DNA from: Eledone cirrhosa
Lineage: Eukaryota
Length of the DNA: 64,000 bases
Reading direction: 5' to 3'
NCBI GenBank assembly: GCA_964016885.1
Contig: OZ024742.1
Location: 101,680,001-101,744,000, forward strand
Shown here: positions 1 through 12,100 of the stretch, one piece after another
How the letters are laid out: each line of letters begins with the position of its first letter
Numbering within the stretch: the stretch's first letter is position 1
The notes under the pieces: generated by a model
What the model was told of the DNA's origin: nothing
What the model saw: the letters and a program-made list of their open reading frames with translations, nothing else
Database searches by the model: none
Translations under genes and position numbers: made by a program

Positions 1-329
1 CTGGTTTAGATGGTGTATATAAACCGATTCCCCACCCTCGTTTTACCATCGATTTTTTTTTTTTTTTTTTTTTTTGTTACATATTCCTTGTCTTATATTC
101 AATTATACATGCTAATTTAAATCGGAACTCTTTAATATGAGTGGTTTGATTTCAAATCTAGAGGAGTTTTATAATAATAATTGTTTCTACTTTAGGCACA
201 AGGCCAACAATTACTTTTTTGATGAAGGCATTCACGATCCTCGATTTTTTTTTTTCTAATTTATGGAGATCGGCTGAATTCAGAGGGATATCTCTCTGGC
301 AGGCTTTGTTTTTTCTCCCTACAGTTATT

Positions 330-2221
330 TTTTTTTTAGGAATAACCAGCTCTTAATTGTGTTGCTATATCTGCTCGGAACTACAGATGGTCGCATAGCT
401 TTCGAGCCGGTCCCGATTTGGTATATAGTATAAATGCATTAGTAATACTCATATTTACTATATACCAAACAAGGTATCGCCAGCATTTATTCCCCGATCT
501 GCCAACTGAGTAATAAGACATCATCTGATTCATCCGATCTACACCACCCATGTACCTGTTATAATCGAGATTATGTGTGCCATTTTCATCCACATGTGGG
601 CGTGCACAGGTAGACAGAAAATTGATCTGCCTCTTATCTCTGTATGCGGTCGCTATCAAATTTCCTTTCTGCCGTTGAATTATTGCACCTTTTTTTTTTT
701 ATATCCAATGGCAGTCCTTTTCTATTAGCGATCACTGTAGCACATGTATGTGTTGCCACAGTATCTAAATTCTCCGCAAGTTTGACCGAACTGAAAAACC
801 GGTCAAAAAATAATATACGGCCCTGGTTATGGTGTGGAAGTGATACATTCCAGACCACATCATACCCTAGGCCATGCTGACTTACATAATTGTCTCTTTT
901 GCCAGTATAAAATTCAAATCCAGAGCAGTACCCAGTATTCGATTCGCAAATCTTCCAAACTTTGAAACCCCATTTTGTGGGCTTTCCTGGCATATTGTCG
1001 AAAACGCACTCGGCCTTTATAGCCCACCATACCCTCGTCGATAGATAAATATCTCCCTGGTTTGTAAACTGTTTTATATGTGTTTTGAACACAATCAATG
1101 AGGGGTCTTATTTTAAATAAGGGATCATAGTTTGGTTCTCCACGTACTGCTCGTGTCTCTTACATGTAAATACTGCGTCAATTTTAAAAACCGTGTCCTC
1201 GTCATTATACTTGAGACATATTCGTCTCCAAAGGGTTCATCGCTACTCCAGTAATTTGTAATTCTGGGTAGCTTTCTAATGCCCATAATAATATTTATGG
1301 CAAAATAAGCCCCAATTTCATTTAAGCTTGTGGGAAACCACAACTATCCTTTTTTTTTCCCGCTTTGTTTACTTTCAGCGTAACGGTTTGTTTCCGCCGT
1401 AATAATTTCAAACAAGCTCATAGGAAAAAGTAAAAGGAGTCTAAAGCTTTGCTCTCCTGGGATAGACTGTGACTTGGTCCAGTTTCTTCATAAAAATCAC
1501 TGAAAGAAACAGTTTTTAAATTTTTACTCCATTCAGGTGCCAATTGGTTTTCTTTAGCGCTGTCATCGGAGCTCTCGGATTCACTGTTTTCACTTTCGGA
1601 AAATGAAACATCGGATTCATTATCAAATACCACGTGCTTTTTTTTTCAGTTATAGAGTTAGATTTTTCAAGGTCTTCAGTAGAAAATCCTTCGAATTCTG
1701 ACTCGCTGCTTGACTGAATGAAATTGGTATCCATTTTTTTGTCAGAATTAAACATTTTCAAAACACAACAGGAACAAATTTGGAAAAAAATCTCCCCAAA
1801 TTCACAGAATTAAAATAACTGTTTCTACTTTAGGCACAAGGCCAGCAATAACCCAGTGCATTACTGGTACTTTATTTTATCGACCCCGTAAAGATGAAAG
1901 GCAAAGTCAACCTCGGCGGGATTTGAACTCAAATCGTAAAGGGACGTAACTATGCTGGAAAGCATGGCTTCCGACCCTCTACCGATACTGCCAATCCACC
2001 GCCCAATCCACAGAATTAAAATAACACGTTGATATTTGTCCAAAACTGTAGCTCAATTGTTTACGTAGTATAATCACGTGTTTTCACGAATGTACTAACG
2101 AGATTTGCTCTGATAGTCTCATTTAAATATGAATGTGTGAGTACGGGCGGTTTTGGGCGGCTTGGTCACATGAACCAACATTTTTTTTCGGTCGGCTTTG
2201 GGCGGTTTGGTAACGAAAGGG
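330..2221 (-). mobile_element. Degenerate piggyBac transposon (PGBD4-like DDD transposase, frameshifted)
   Basis: Fragmented ORFs 381-1761 carry piggyBac motifs: acidic SESE N-terminus, YWS...MTRTRF, LSIDEGMVGYKGR (alternative frame ~1010-1055), MPGKPTKWGFKVW, FFDRFFSS and YNRYMGGVD. Terminal repeat CCCTTTCGTTACCA at 2221-2208. Confidence 0.9.
1820..2008 (-). mobile_element. tRNA-derived SINE inserted in the piggyBac 5' region with 17-bp TSD
   Basis: Minus strand has A box TGGCAGTATCGG, B box GAGTTCAAATCC and core GCCTTTCATC..GGGGTCGATAAAATAAAGTACCAG. Direct repeat CACAGAATTAAAATAAC at 1803-1819 and 2009-2025. Confidence 0.85.
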
Positions 2222-2428
2222 TTTTAAGAAGTGAGATAAGATATTTACATTTTCTCTTAAAATTGAAAAACTTTAACAGTTATGCATGCACACACACATA
2301 CACGCTAGATAAGCATGTAAACAGTTATAGGTGGTTCACCATTCTAAGCACTCAGTGCTATTACAATGATCCATCTCAAGTTTGGTTGTATTACAGAGTT
2401 AAGGTAGCTGTAGTGTGCAGACTGTATG

Positions 2429-2465
<37 letters not shown>

Positions 2466-2544
2466 CAAAGAAGGTGTGGTAAGAAACCAGGTGGACCATA
2501 ACGCACCAGAGTACTCGATAATTAGGGTAGTAGAGTGGGTAATA

Positions 2545-2653
2545 GGAAAAGAGTCAGGACCCCGACGGCTGAGCTCCGGCCGTTTCGACAGCTAGATCCG
2601 AACTAGCTGTTGGAACGGCCGGAGATCAGCCGTCGGGGTCCTGACTCTTTTCC
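2545..2653. repeat. GC-rich near-perfect inverted repeat (51-bp arms, 7-nt loop)
   Basis: 2545-2595 is the reverse complement of 2603-2653 with 3 differences. (TA)n tracts lie on both sides. Confidence 0.95.
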
Positions 2654-3339
2654 CATATATAGATATATATAGATATTTTGCTGTTTTAGGTGGAATATTG
2701 CATAGGAACGGAATTTGTCCAGGAATTGGGTATGTGAGGTATCTTTACCAAAACACTGCCATAATACTCACTGAATAACTATAATGTGTGCATTCTGAAG
2801 CTTAGGATGTATTTTCACAACTTCAAGTTTATTGTCTCATTGAGTGAGTAAGGTCATGGCCAGAGGTTGCTGAAATAACTTGGGTGACTTTCATAAACTG
2901 TGTGTGTGTGTGTGTATACTCCAACCCTTGCTAGCGGGGAAAGCGGACGTTAAAACGACTTATACACATCAAATAAATAAATGCATGTGCTAGACAATTC
3001 AGAGATTGGGGAAATAGATGACTTCTTATACCTTAGCAGTTTCATGAACACACAACATGATGTGAACACCAGGATAGGCAAGGCATGGGAGGCTCTAAAC
3101 TATCAAAGGTGTGGGTATCTCCAATAAAGAAAACAACAAAAATGAGACTATTCAAAGCAAAAGTTGTGCCTATTCACAATGAACCTGCTGGCAGAGTTCT
3201 TTTCTGGAAACCTGATGTGTGCAGACAAGTTTGGAAAGCTGTTATCACACTGAAGGATGTTCTTGAAGATGACACTGGGGAAATTCAGAGGGCAATGCTG
3301 GAAAAGAATCTTTGTCATCATACTGGTAATGGATAGAGA

Positions 3340-5140
3340 CATAACATTGAGAAAAATTGGTAATTTGTATGGGACAACCTACTGGAAGCCACCAGCCAGG
3401 TCTACGGTTGAAGCAAGGTCCCTCCAAGACTGAGGGTGACATGGTGGTAGAAAGAGTCATTAAAACAAAAAGACAAGTCTGGAGGAATGGATGAGACAGA
3501 AAACCATAGCAGATAGTTAGAAGGGAGGCCAGGTACCAAGTATATTTAGCGAGAGGAGAGGCAGAAAAGACATTTGATTATGTTCTGCATCGTGAAGATC
3601 AGAGAAAAGTGTGTCTGAAATGATAGTGGAACATTTACCCTGTCTGATGCCAAAAAGGAGACATGGAAGACATTGTGAGAGGCTGCTGAATGAGAAAATA
3701 AATGGGACAATGAGAGCCTACACCATGCAGATACTACTGATGGATCAGCCGTAAAAGTTGACAGCAGTATGATAGATAAAGCAATTAAAGACATGAAGGT
3801 AGGAAAAGCAGCTGGACCATCTGGTATAGTTGCTGAGCTGTTAAAAGCATCTGGCATGGTAGGATATGTGCTAGTCAGCTACATCAAGTAGTACAGGAAA
3901 GAGTCATACCCAATGACTTGCAGTTGCACAGCAATATCATTGTAAATTGCTACAAGGACAATGGAGAATCACTAGACAGAAGTTACTACAGAGACATCAA
4001 GTTGATGGACCAGGTTATGAAAGTTGCTGAAAGGGTTACAGCACAACGAAAAAAATCAAGTTGAGATGCAGTTTGGTGAGACACTTTTAGGAGAGGTACT
4101 TAGCTAAGAGTAAACCACTTTATCTAACATTTATAGATCTGGAGAAGGCCTTTGACAGGATCCTATTCTCCATAATCTGGTGGGCACTTAGGAATCTCAA
4201 CATAGACGAATGGCTTGTAAGAGCCATGTATAGAGGAACAGCCAGCAGAGTGGGGGTTGGCAATGATTACAGTGAATTTGAAGTGCAGGTGGGGGTCCAC
4301 CAGGGCTCAATCCTCAGTCCACTCCTGTGTATCATTGTTCTTCAGGCCATCACTGAGGAGTTTAAAACTGGCACTCCATGGGAGATCCTTTATGCTGTTT
4401 ATTTAGTCCTCATAGCTTAACCCGTAAGAGAGTTAGAGGCAAAATTTCAAGCTTGGAAGAACCTAGTTGTAATGCCTAAAAATGAATTTAGCAAAGATGA
4501 AAATCTTAATAAATGGGAAAGAAGTGGCCTTGTTCAATATGTCAGAAAGGATTGGACAGAAATTCCATAAAGCGCACACAGTGTAATTTATGAACGTATA
4601 AGAAATATAGTGGAATTGGAGGTAGGCTAATGGAAAATATAAACTTTATATGTGTCAGATGCACAGGGAAGTAAACACAAAAAGCATATGTGAAGCAGAT
4701 TCTTTCAGCTGCCAGTGGGGCTCCCTAGAAGTTGTTGACAGCTTTCACTACCTAGGTGATCAAATTAGCAGTCGGGGAGGATGCATTGAAAGTGTGATAT
4801 CTAGGATAAGAACAGGCTGGAAGAAGTGTAAAGATATATTACTACTGCTGACAACAAAATGTTTTTCTCTCTGAGTGAAGGGTAGACAGTATGATACCTA
4901 AGTCAAACAGCAATGTCGCATAGCAGTGAAATATGGGCCCTTACTGCAGAAGACCTGCAGAGGCTAGAAAGAAACAAGTTGAGTATGCTCCGGTGGATGT
5001 GTATGACTGACATAGTATAAGCAAACAGAGGGGAAAACTTGGCAGAAGTGAAATATTATATAGTGTGCAAAAGAGAAAACTGCATTGGTATGGACATGTG
5101 ATGCACATGGAGGACGGCAGCAACATAAAAAAATGAAGCT
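3340..5140 (+). mobile_element. Degraded RTE-clade LINE (RT region)
   Basis: Broken frames encode MKVGKAAGPSG, DLEKAFDR, GVHQGSILSPLL, WEILYA, WPCSIC and FHYLGD. Homologous to the 27.4-30.6 kb element. Confidence 0.85.
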
Positions 5141-5760
5141 GGGAGGGGAAGCCTGCAGCATCCAAGTCACGCTTTATAACCTCGTTGAGAGCAGATGGCG
5201 TGGAAGGCAGCCCACACTGTAGTAACAGGATAGCAGATGGAGGCTGAAAGAGTCTACAGTGGATCCTCAGCGACATTTATGTGGCTCGCAGATCCGGAGG
5301 CCAAGTCTCAGGGAAACTCCGATTTGCAGGCTATCATCATCCAGCTGCGTGGCAGTCGAAAAGGAGGGTAAGCCATTGAGCCTGGCACCATAGTGAGGTT
5401 GTGAAGCCAAGTGAAAACGTGCGAGGCGGTGCTGGTTGATCTGGCATGTTAGCCTGTTCAAGACCATGTCGCACTGGATGGCATCCCATATGCTCAGGGG
5501 GATTTGACGTCTACTGGGCGGGCTCGAGCTGGTTCCAAGTCTCGCAGACGGCTTCGCGTTCCTCGATCACAGTGGGTTCCATTGTTTTGTGATGATGACA
5601 TGGCAAGAGGTTACCGACGAAAGAAACGCCGGCAAAGCCAGGGAGACCAGAGACCAAGGTCACCGTTTCTAACAAGTAAGGTGGCCTGTTGCCATCCAAA
5701 GTCGTCAAACCTGACGTTGCATATCTTCTCAGCTGCCACTTGATACAAGTATCGAGGTCA
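5140..5760 (-). mobile_element. CRE-like (restriction-like endonuclease type) non-LTR retrotransposon fragment
   Basis: Minus-strand pieces WQQATLLVRNGDLGL, GARLNGLPS...LDDDSLQIGVSLRLGLRICEPHKC and ALNEVIKRDLDAAGFPS resemble the post-RT/CCHC region of CRE-clade elements (from memory). Confidence 0.65.
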
Positions 5761-5879
5761 GTGAGGAGAAATGAGTGGTTGTAGCAAGGAACGCTATGAG
5801 GAGGGCAAGAGAGACGGAGGCATGACTATAGGAGTTTGGTTCCATTTTGTTCGAACCTGATGTATATGTTTATATCTAT

Positions 5880-7200
5880 TTACCACAACACAACAACTTA
5901 CTGAAGAATTTTATTTGGTTTGTATGCATATTTAATAATTCAATAACTTGTTCGCAACATCATATAAATTCCTTGTAGTACTTTCCCATGTTGAACCGTA
6001 TTAATACATATTGCAAATGTTTTTAAGAAAGGCATATACGTTACCCCTTCTCAATCTTTGTAATAAATTCGAAGTATTTCAATCGGAAATTACTATTCAT
6101 GCATTTTGAAAAACATTAACTTTATTACTTTTTATCCGGAATATATTTCAATGTTTCACTATTATTCTAACACCGTCTAAAATGCGCGGTACATGAGAAA
6201 ATATAAGTTTATATTAATTAGAATTAAGGTAAGTTTATTAGTTAATCCTTTTTAAAACTACCCATACTGAATTTAGATTATATATATAGACTTAACTGCA
6301 GTTTAGTGATCCCTTGTCTGTCTTTGTTTACTTCTGACTTCTTTGATAATACATATTTCAATTGAAGTTTTGCTAAGATACGTGTTTGAATGTGTATGTA
6401 ACCATAAAAATACTTACAAATAAACGTTATATTTAAACAAAAAACACACCATAAATATGGGAAGAAGGCCTGAGAAGACTTGCACGACACAATTTCCCCT
6501 CTCGTAACGATTATGTTGATGACATTAAAAAAAATAAGGGTTTTTTTCTTATTACACCCATCTCGGACACGGGTGTAATAGTAAAAGTTAATTTTTCATT
6601 TTAAGGGTATGTAGCTGATAGGTTTGTTTAGAATTTTGATGGCCAAATTTGTTTTTGCTATGAATCTTTGCTTTTTGAGCGAATACAGCTTTCTAAACTA
6701 TTATAGATTAGTCGTTTTAGAGGTTTCGCCACCAAAAGTTAATTGAATTTACGTTTCGCCTATTACAAATACAAATTGAAAGTATTGAAAACATTAATGA
6801 ACGGAGTATAACATTACCGTCATAAACTACGGTTTAGAGCCAAATAATTTTTTTTAATGCAAAAACACGATCATAATCTACAGCTTTGAAAATGTACCTC
6901 TGCAAAATTTCATAATATCTGAAAGGAAAACGGTGAGATGGATCTAAGAGTATCGAGACTAGTAATATGTGGTGCCATAACTACTGTCAATTAGTCAATA
7001 TATCGATTTATCACCATCAATCAATCTTCTAAAACGATCGAAAAAAACAATGAACTAATTAAGCACCAATCTTTGCTTTTTGTTTTATTTTCATTGTCCA
7101 AAACATATATATATATATACACATTTATGCTATGTTAAGAAAGTTACGAAGGGAAAATATTATTTATATATATATATATATATATGAAATATTTCCGTAG
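5880..7200. promoter_or_regulatory. Possible promoter / 5'UTR exon region of the MDC1-like gene
   Basis: Largely transposon-free stretch that appears richer in CpG than the introns. Perfect AAG|gtaagt donor at 6228/6229. The acceptor at 9076, upstream of the ATG, implies an upstream non-coding exon. Confidence 0.3.
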
Positions 7201-7889
7201 GAAGGGTAAAGTAAAGGAGAGTGCTCTATGTATGTTACAGAGCTATTTAATTATGGAATAATTGTCTTATGTTGTTTATTACATAATTATATAACAAAAA
7301 GAAAAAGAAAGGGAAAAAAATTAAATAACGAAAGTAAGGAAAAGGTTTAGGGGAAGGGAAGGGAGAAAGGCAATGTTTAAATAAAAGAAGAGAGGAAAAA
7401 AAACTGTGGAAACTTAGGAAGGAATACCAAACTACTAAAAAAACAAACACAAATAAATCCTCGTTTAAAACAGTAAAGAAAATGTAAAGGAAAGGGTCAA
7501 CACCAGAGCAAAAGTCAGTACCCCTCGCTGCTGTCTTTTGAGGCAAGCCAACACTCGCAGCGTTGCCAAGAAGTCAGTATGTGTGGTCATCTTGACCTAC
7601 TTTGCCAACATGAGAACAAAAGTTCAAATTACAACTACATATATATATGACTGCAGTATCAGCAGAAAATACAGGCAGTCACATGTGTATCTCCTTTGGT
7701 TGAAAGATACCTGTAAATTTTTTCTGTCAGTTCTTTGTTTTTGTTATTGGCTCACATGTATCATATGAACAGAATGAACTCCATTCTGCTGCGCAAACTG
7801 GCATTACAAATGCAGTATTTCTAGATTCTCACTATCCTTATAACTGTAAGAAAGTTGTTATTACTGGAATTGTTAACCATAGGAAAATT

Positions 7890-8755
7890 AAAAGAGATAA
7901 TGGTCCGCTTCCTTTAGAAGATAATTGGAAAATTTTGTGTGACAATCTTTTGTGAACTACTGATGAGACTTGTGGCTGGAACAAAGCACCAGCCAGAGGA
8001 TGACCTGATGATGGAACAGCACAGTTGATAGAGCCATTAAAACCAAGAGACAAGTGTGGGAAGACTGGAAAAATGGGGATAGCAGAGACCAGTACCAGGT
8101 AGCTACGAGAGAAGCTTTATGGCAGGTATACATAGCTCAGAGAGAGGCTGAAAAAAGAAAGTTTGCCAATGTCTTATAATGTGAGGATCACAGGCATGAA
8201 ATGTTCTGCATTGCAAGGCAGTGTGTCTGTGAATCGAGATGTTGTTGGGGAAAAGTGTGATAGAAATGACACTGGTTCATTTAGCACCACTGATGCTCAA
8301 AAGAAAGAGGCCTAATGAGAGAGATGTTACTAAGAGAGGCTGATGAATGGGAAGAGGAGAGACTACCTCCAATTTACCCAACAGAAGGACCAGCTATTGA
8401 AGTTGACAGTTATAGGGTCAGCAATCAAGGAGATGAAAATTGGCAAAGTTTTTGTTGATTTAGAAAAGGCCTTTGGCAGAGTACCTTGATCTATTATCTG
8501 ATGGTCCTGAAGGAAATTAGGTATAGAAGAATGGCTTGTGAGAGCAGTGCAAGCCATGTACGGAGGAGCTGTCAGTGAAGTGAGTGTAGTGAGGAATTCA
8601 AAGTACAGGTAGGAGTTCATTGGGGTTTGGTTCTTAGCCCACTGCTGTTTATCATAGTTCTCCAGGCCATACATAAAGGAGTTTAGAATTGGCTGTCCAT
8701 GAGAACTTCTCTATGCAGATGATCTGGTCCTTATGGCTGAATCCATAAAAGTTCC
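7890..8755 (+). mobile_element. Degraded RTE-clade LINE fragment
   Basis: Broken frames with FVDLEKAFGRVP, LSPLLFIIVLQAI and LLYADDLVLMAES. Confidence 0.8.
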
Positions 8756-9090
8756 TTTTGAATATTTGAGGGAGTTTATTTCATCTGTACCATTATTGCT
8801 GACAACTTCTTTGTATCTTTGTCAACCTACCTTTCATTCCATTACACCGCTTGTGCATTCATTGCACTCACTTGTTACACTGTATGGAGTTTCTACACAC
8901 CTTTTCTGTATAATTAGCATGGCCATTTCCCTCATATATATTTACATATGGTAGGACTGGAGCCCTTATTATTAAAGTACCCAAGAAACCTCCAATGAGA
9001 TGCAACCTCATAGGAGGCTGACTAAACTGTAATAACAACAAATATATTTGTGTGTAAATTGTTTTGTTTTTTCCAGAAACTAACTTAAGA

Positions 9091-9162
9091 ATGGACTTAG
9101 ATATGACAGAGGCCATCACTTTCAGTGATGCAGAAGAGGACAGTCAGAAAATCAAACTTCCA
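9091..9162 (+). CDS. MDC1: MDC1 coding exon 1 (MDLDMTEAITFSDAEEDSQKIKLP)
   Basis: Acceptor ttttttccag ends at 9076, ATG at 9091, donor CCA|gttagt, phase 0. Confidence 0.75.
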
Positions 9163-12100
9163 GTTAGTAATGTACAATTTTTTTATTTAAACTTTTCCAG
9201 TATTTTAAATAACTAGGTAAAGTTTGTAGTTATAGTTTAGTAAGGGGAACAGATTTGTAGTTGCTTAGTAGTTATAGTTTGACAAGGGCCACTAAATTAG
9301 ATAATCACCAGTCACAATATTTTCTGTTTTTATTATGTGCATGACTAAGTTTGAGTTGTTTTTCAGTGACCATTTAGTGCTATATATCAGTTTTAGACTG
9401 CAACTAAAAGTTGGTGAATATTTCAAACATCTTGGTGTTTAGCTAACCAGCTCAGAAAAAAACAAAACATATCAACAAAAGAAAGGCAATTGTGTGGCAA
9501 ATATGCCTGTCATATGTTATTAAAGATCTGAGTATGAAAATCTGACTCTTTTTAGCAATGGTTGAATCATTATCTTTTTTCCTTGCTAACAAGAGTTTGA
9601 AATGTCACAGACTGGTCAGTACTTAAGCAGAACCTCTTACTTCTAAGTGGGCCAGGTGCCTAGACATACGATTCTGTGCTCTACCACATATATTTTATAA
9701 TGGTACCAACACTGGGAAGTTGTCATATCTTTGGCATAGCTGAAGAGTCCTCCCAACTCTTTGTTTGACAGGTTTTCTATGGTTGGATATAGTTAGAAAA
9801 CATGGACACTCACACAGAAGCTTGAAAATTAGCTAGGCAGAATGTACTCCCTCATTACTGATGGTTCTTAACATTCTTATTTATGAAAATCACATAAAAA
9901 GAAAGCTACACCATTCAGAAATTGTGTTAACTGCACCAAGATTTGCCATACAAGAGATGTATTTGTTGAGACATGTTAATTTAATGCCTGTTGGATGGGT
10001 CATCACAGACCAAGTCAGTACTTAGTTGGAGGCTATGGACTTCCTAAGTGGGCCTTGGGTTACATCTCGCTTACATACATTCCCACAGTTTACAGAGTGT
10101 GCTGAGTGCATTTTATCGTGACACCAGCACTAGAAGGATTATCATGTATTTGACACAACTGAAAAGTCCTCTTGATCCTTTGTTTAGCAATTAAGTATTT
10201 CTCCATTAAGAAGACAATTAGTTGTTCATATGACTGTACAGTGGTAGTGCAGGTGCCACAGCAAAAAGCAGCCAGTTCACTCTGTAAGGTGGTAGTGCCG
10301 GTGCTACAACAAAAAGCACCCAGTCCACCCTGTAAAGTGATTGTGCTGGTTCCACAACAAAAAGCATCCAGTTCACTCCGTAAGGCAATAGTGCTGATGC
10401 CACAACAAAAAGCATCCAGTCTACCCTGTAAGGTGATAGTACTGGTGCCACAAGAACTGCTACCAGAACATGCTGTAAAGTGGTTGGCACAATGATGAGC
10501 ACCCAGTCATATAATACCAAGACAAAATGGAATATATGAGCATGATGTGGTCACCATACCTGACTAGCTTCAGATTGTGACAGCTTGTCTAACTCATGCA
10601 GGCATTCAAAATAGGTGTTAAGCGATGATGATGATGACTATATTCTTTATATAACTATATACTTCATATGAATATATTCATTATCATCATTTTTACGTTG
10701 AATTGGACTGGACCTTTTGAGGCAATGTATTTCTGCCAGATACCCTTCCTGACACCAATCTGTTTAGTTGCTTCTTACTACACAGATATACAGTGTGTCT
10801 ATTCTAAAGTAGATACATATGGCTATATTCCTCACATGACTATATTCCTCACATGACTATATTATTCATATGATCATTTTCCTCAAATACTTGCCATTAT
10901 CATTTTTCAGGTGGCTCATCTCACAATTCTGAATCATCAAACTATGAAAGGCAAATCATTTCCTATTTTCAGAGGTAAAGGTTTTTTCTCTTTTTCTTTT
11001 CCTTTTATCACTGCCATTTTATAGATATTATGGTGATATGATTCCAGTTTATTTCATTTTTACCAAAGGATAATTAGACTTCATAAATTCTTTGTCTTTC
11101 TTTCACTAATACCTATGTTACATCAGCAATTACACCTCCTTATTGTATCTTTACAGCAAGGCAGAGTTGGTTACTAAAAGCTGTCTTTTTCGCTCTGTGC
11201 AGTCTCAATAGTAGTTTCTAATATAGGCACATGGCTAGCAATTTGTGAGGGAGGAGAAAGTCGATTAAACCAACCCCAGTACTTGACTAGTATGATACTC
11301 GACTGAAAATTTCAGAGGCTGAACAAGATACTCTCATGGAATGACCAAATGAGGTTTATTTTTCAACATAGTCCTTGGAAAGAAACAATGCAGTTATTAA
11401 TTGGAAGAGTTGAAATTAATGCATGCACTATTTCACAGCTCTAGCATCACTCCTTCATAGTCAGCCCACCTTCGTACTTTATTTTATGAACTCAAAATGT
11501 AAAGAGCCAGAATTAAATACCATAAAGCATTTTGTCTGCCTCTTTAACAATTCTGCCCTTACGTGTACATCCTCCACATACAATACCAATGTTTCTCTCC
11601 CTGAACTCTATGTTCTTATTCTGACTGCTATGCTTTGGGAATTCCCAGCCTCATTGCAGATTATTCTATTTCATTTTAGAAATTTCTAGGAAAAAACATT
11701 ATTGGTCGATAAGAACATTTCTGTGAAATATATATATTAGTAAAAGTAAAATCATTGCTGGAAAGTCTTTGATCATTACTGACATGGGACTAAACATTAA
11801 CAACAGCTAATTAGTCAACTTTTATTACCATATTTCCAATGGAGACCCGGAGGTAGGCCTTGAGCAAGATGATTTGGACAACATCTATGAGTTTAGTTGG
11901 TCTCACTTGGGGATCCAGCCACATCAGTTGGAGACTGTTACTTCTGATAGGATACTCTGGAAGGTGTGTGTGAAGACTCTGCTTCCAAACCCTCCCCAGA
12001 GTAAGTTGTTGAAGAGGAAGAAGAATTTTGGAAGGATTTACTGAAATAATTTCATTAAGATGGTATTTGTAGCATAAAAATAAATGTTCTTATATAAAAT

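Noticed and set aside
2545-2653. Hammerhead ribozyme of a Penelope/retrozyme element
   Set aside because: A CGAAAC-like half is present on the minus strand, but no CTGANGA core could be found.
5890-6930. Divergent minus-strand gene from small AG...GT-bounded segments (e.g. ~6899-6919, ORF 6278-6490)
   Set aside because: I could not join them into a consistent open frame or a recognisable protein.
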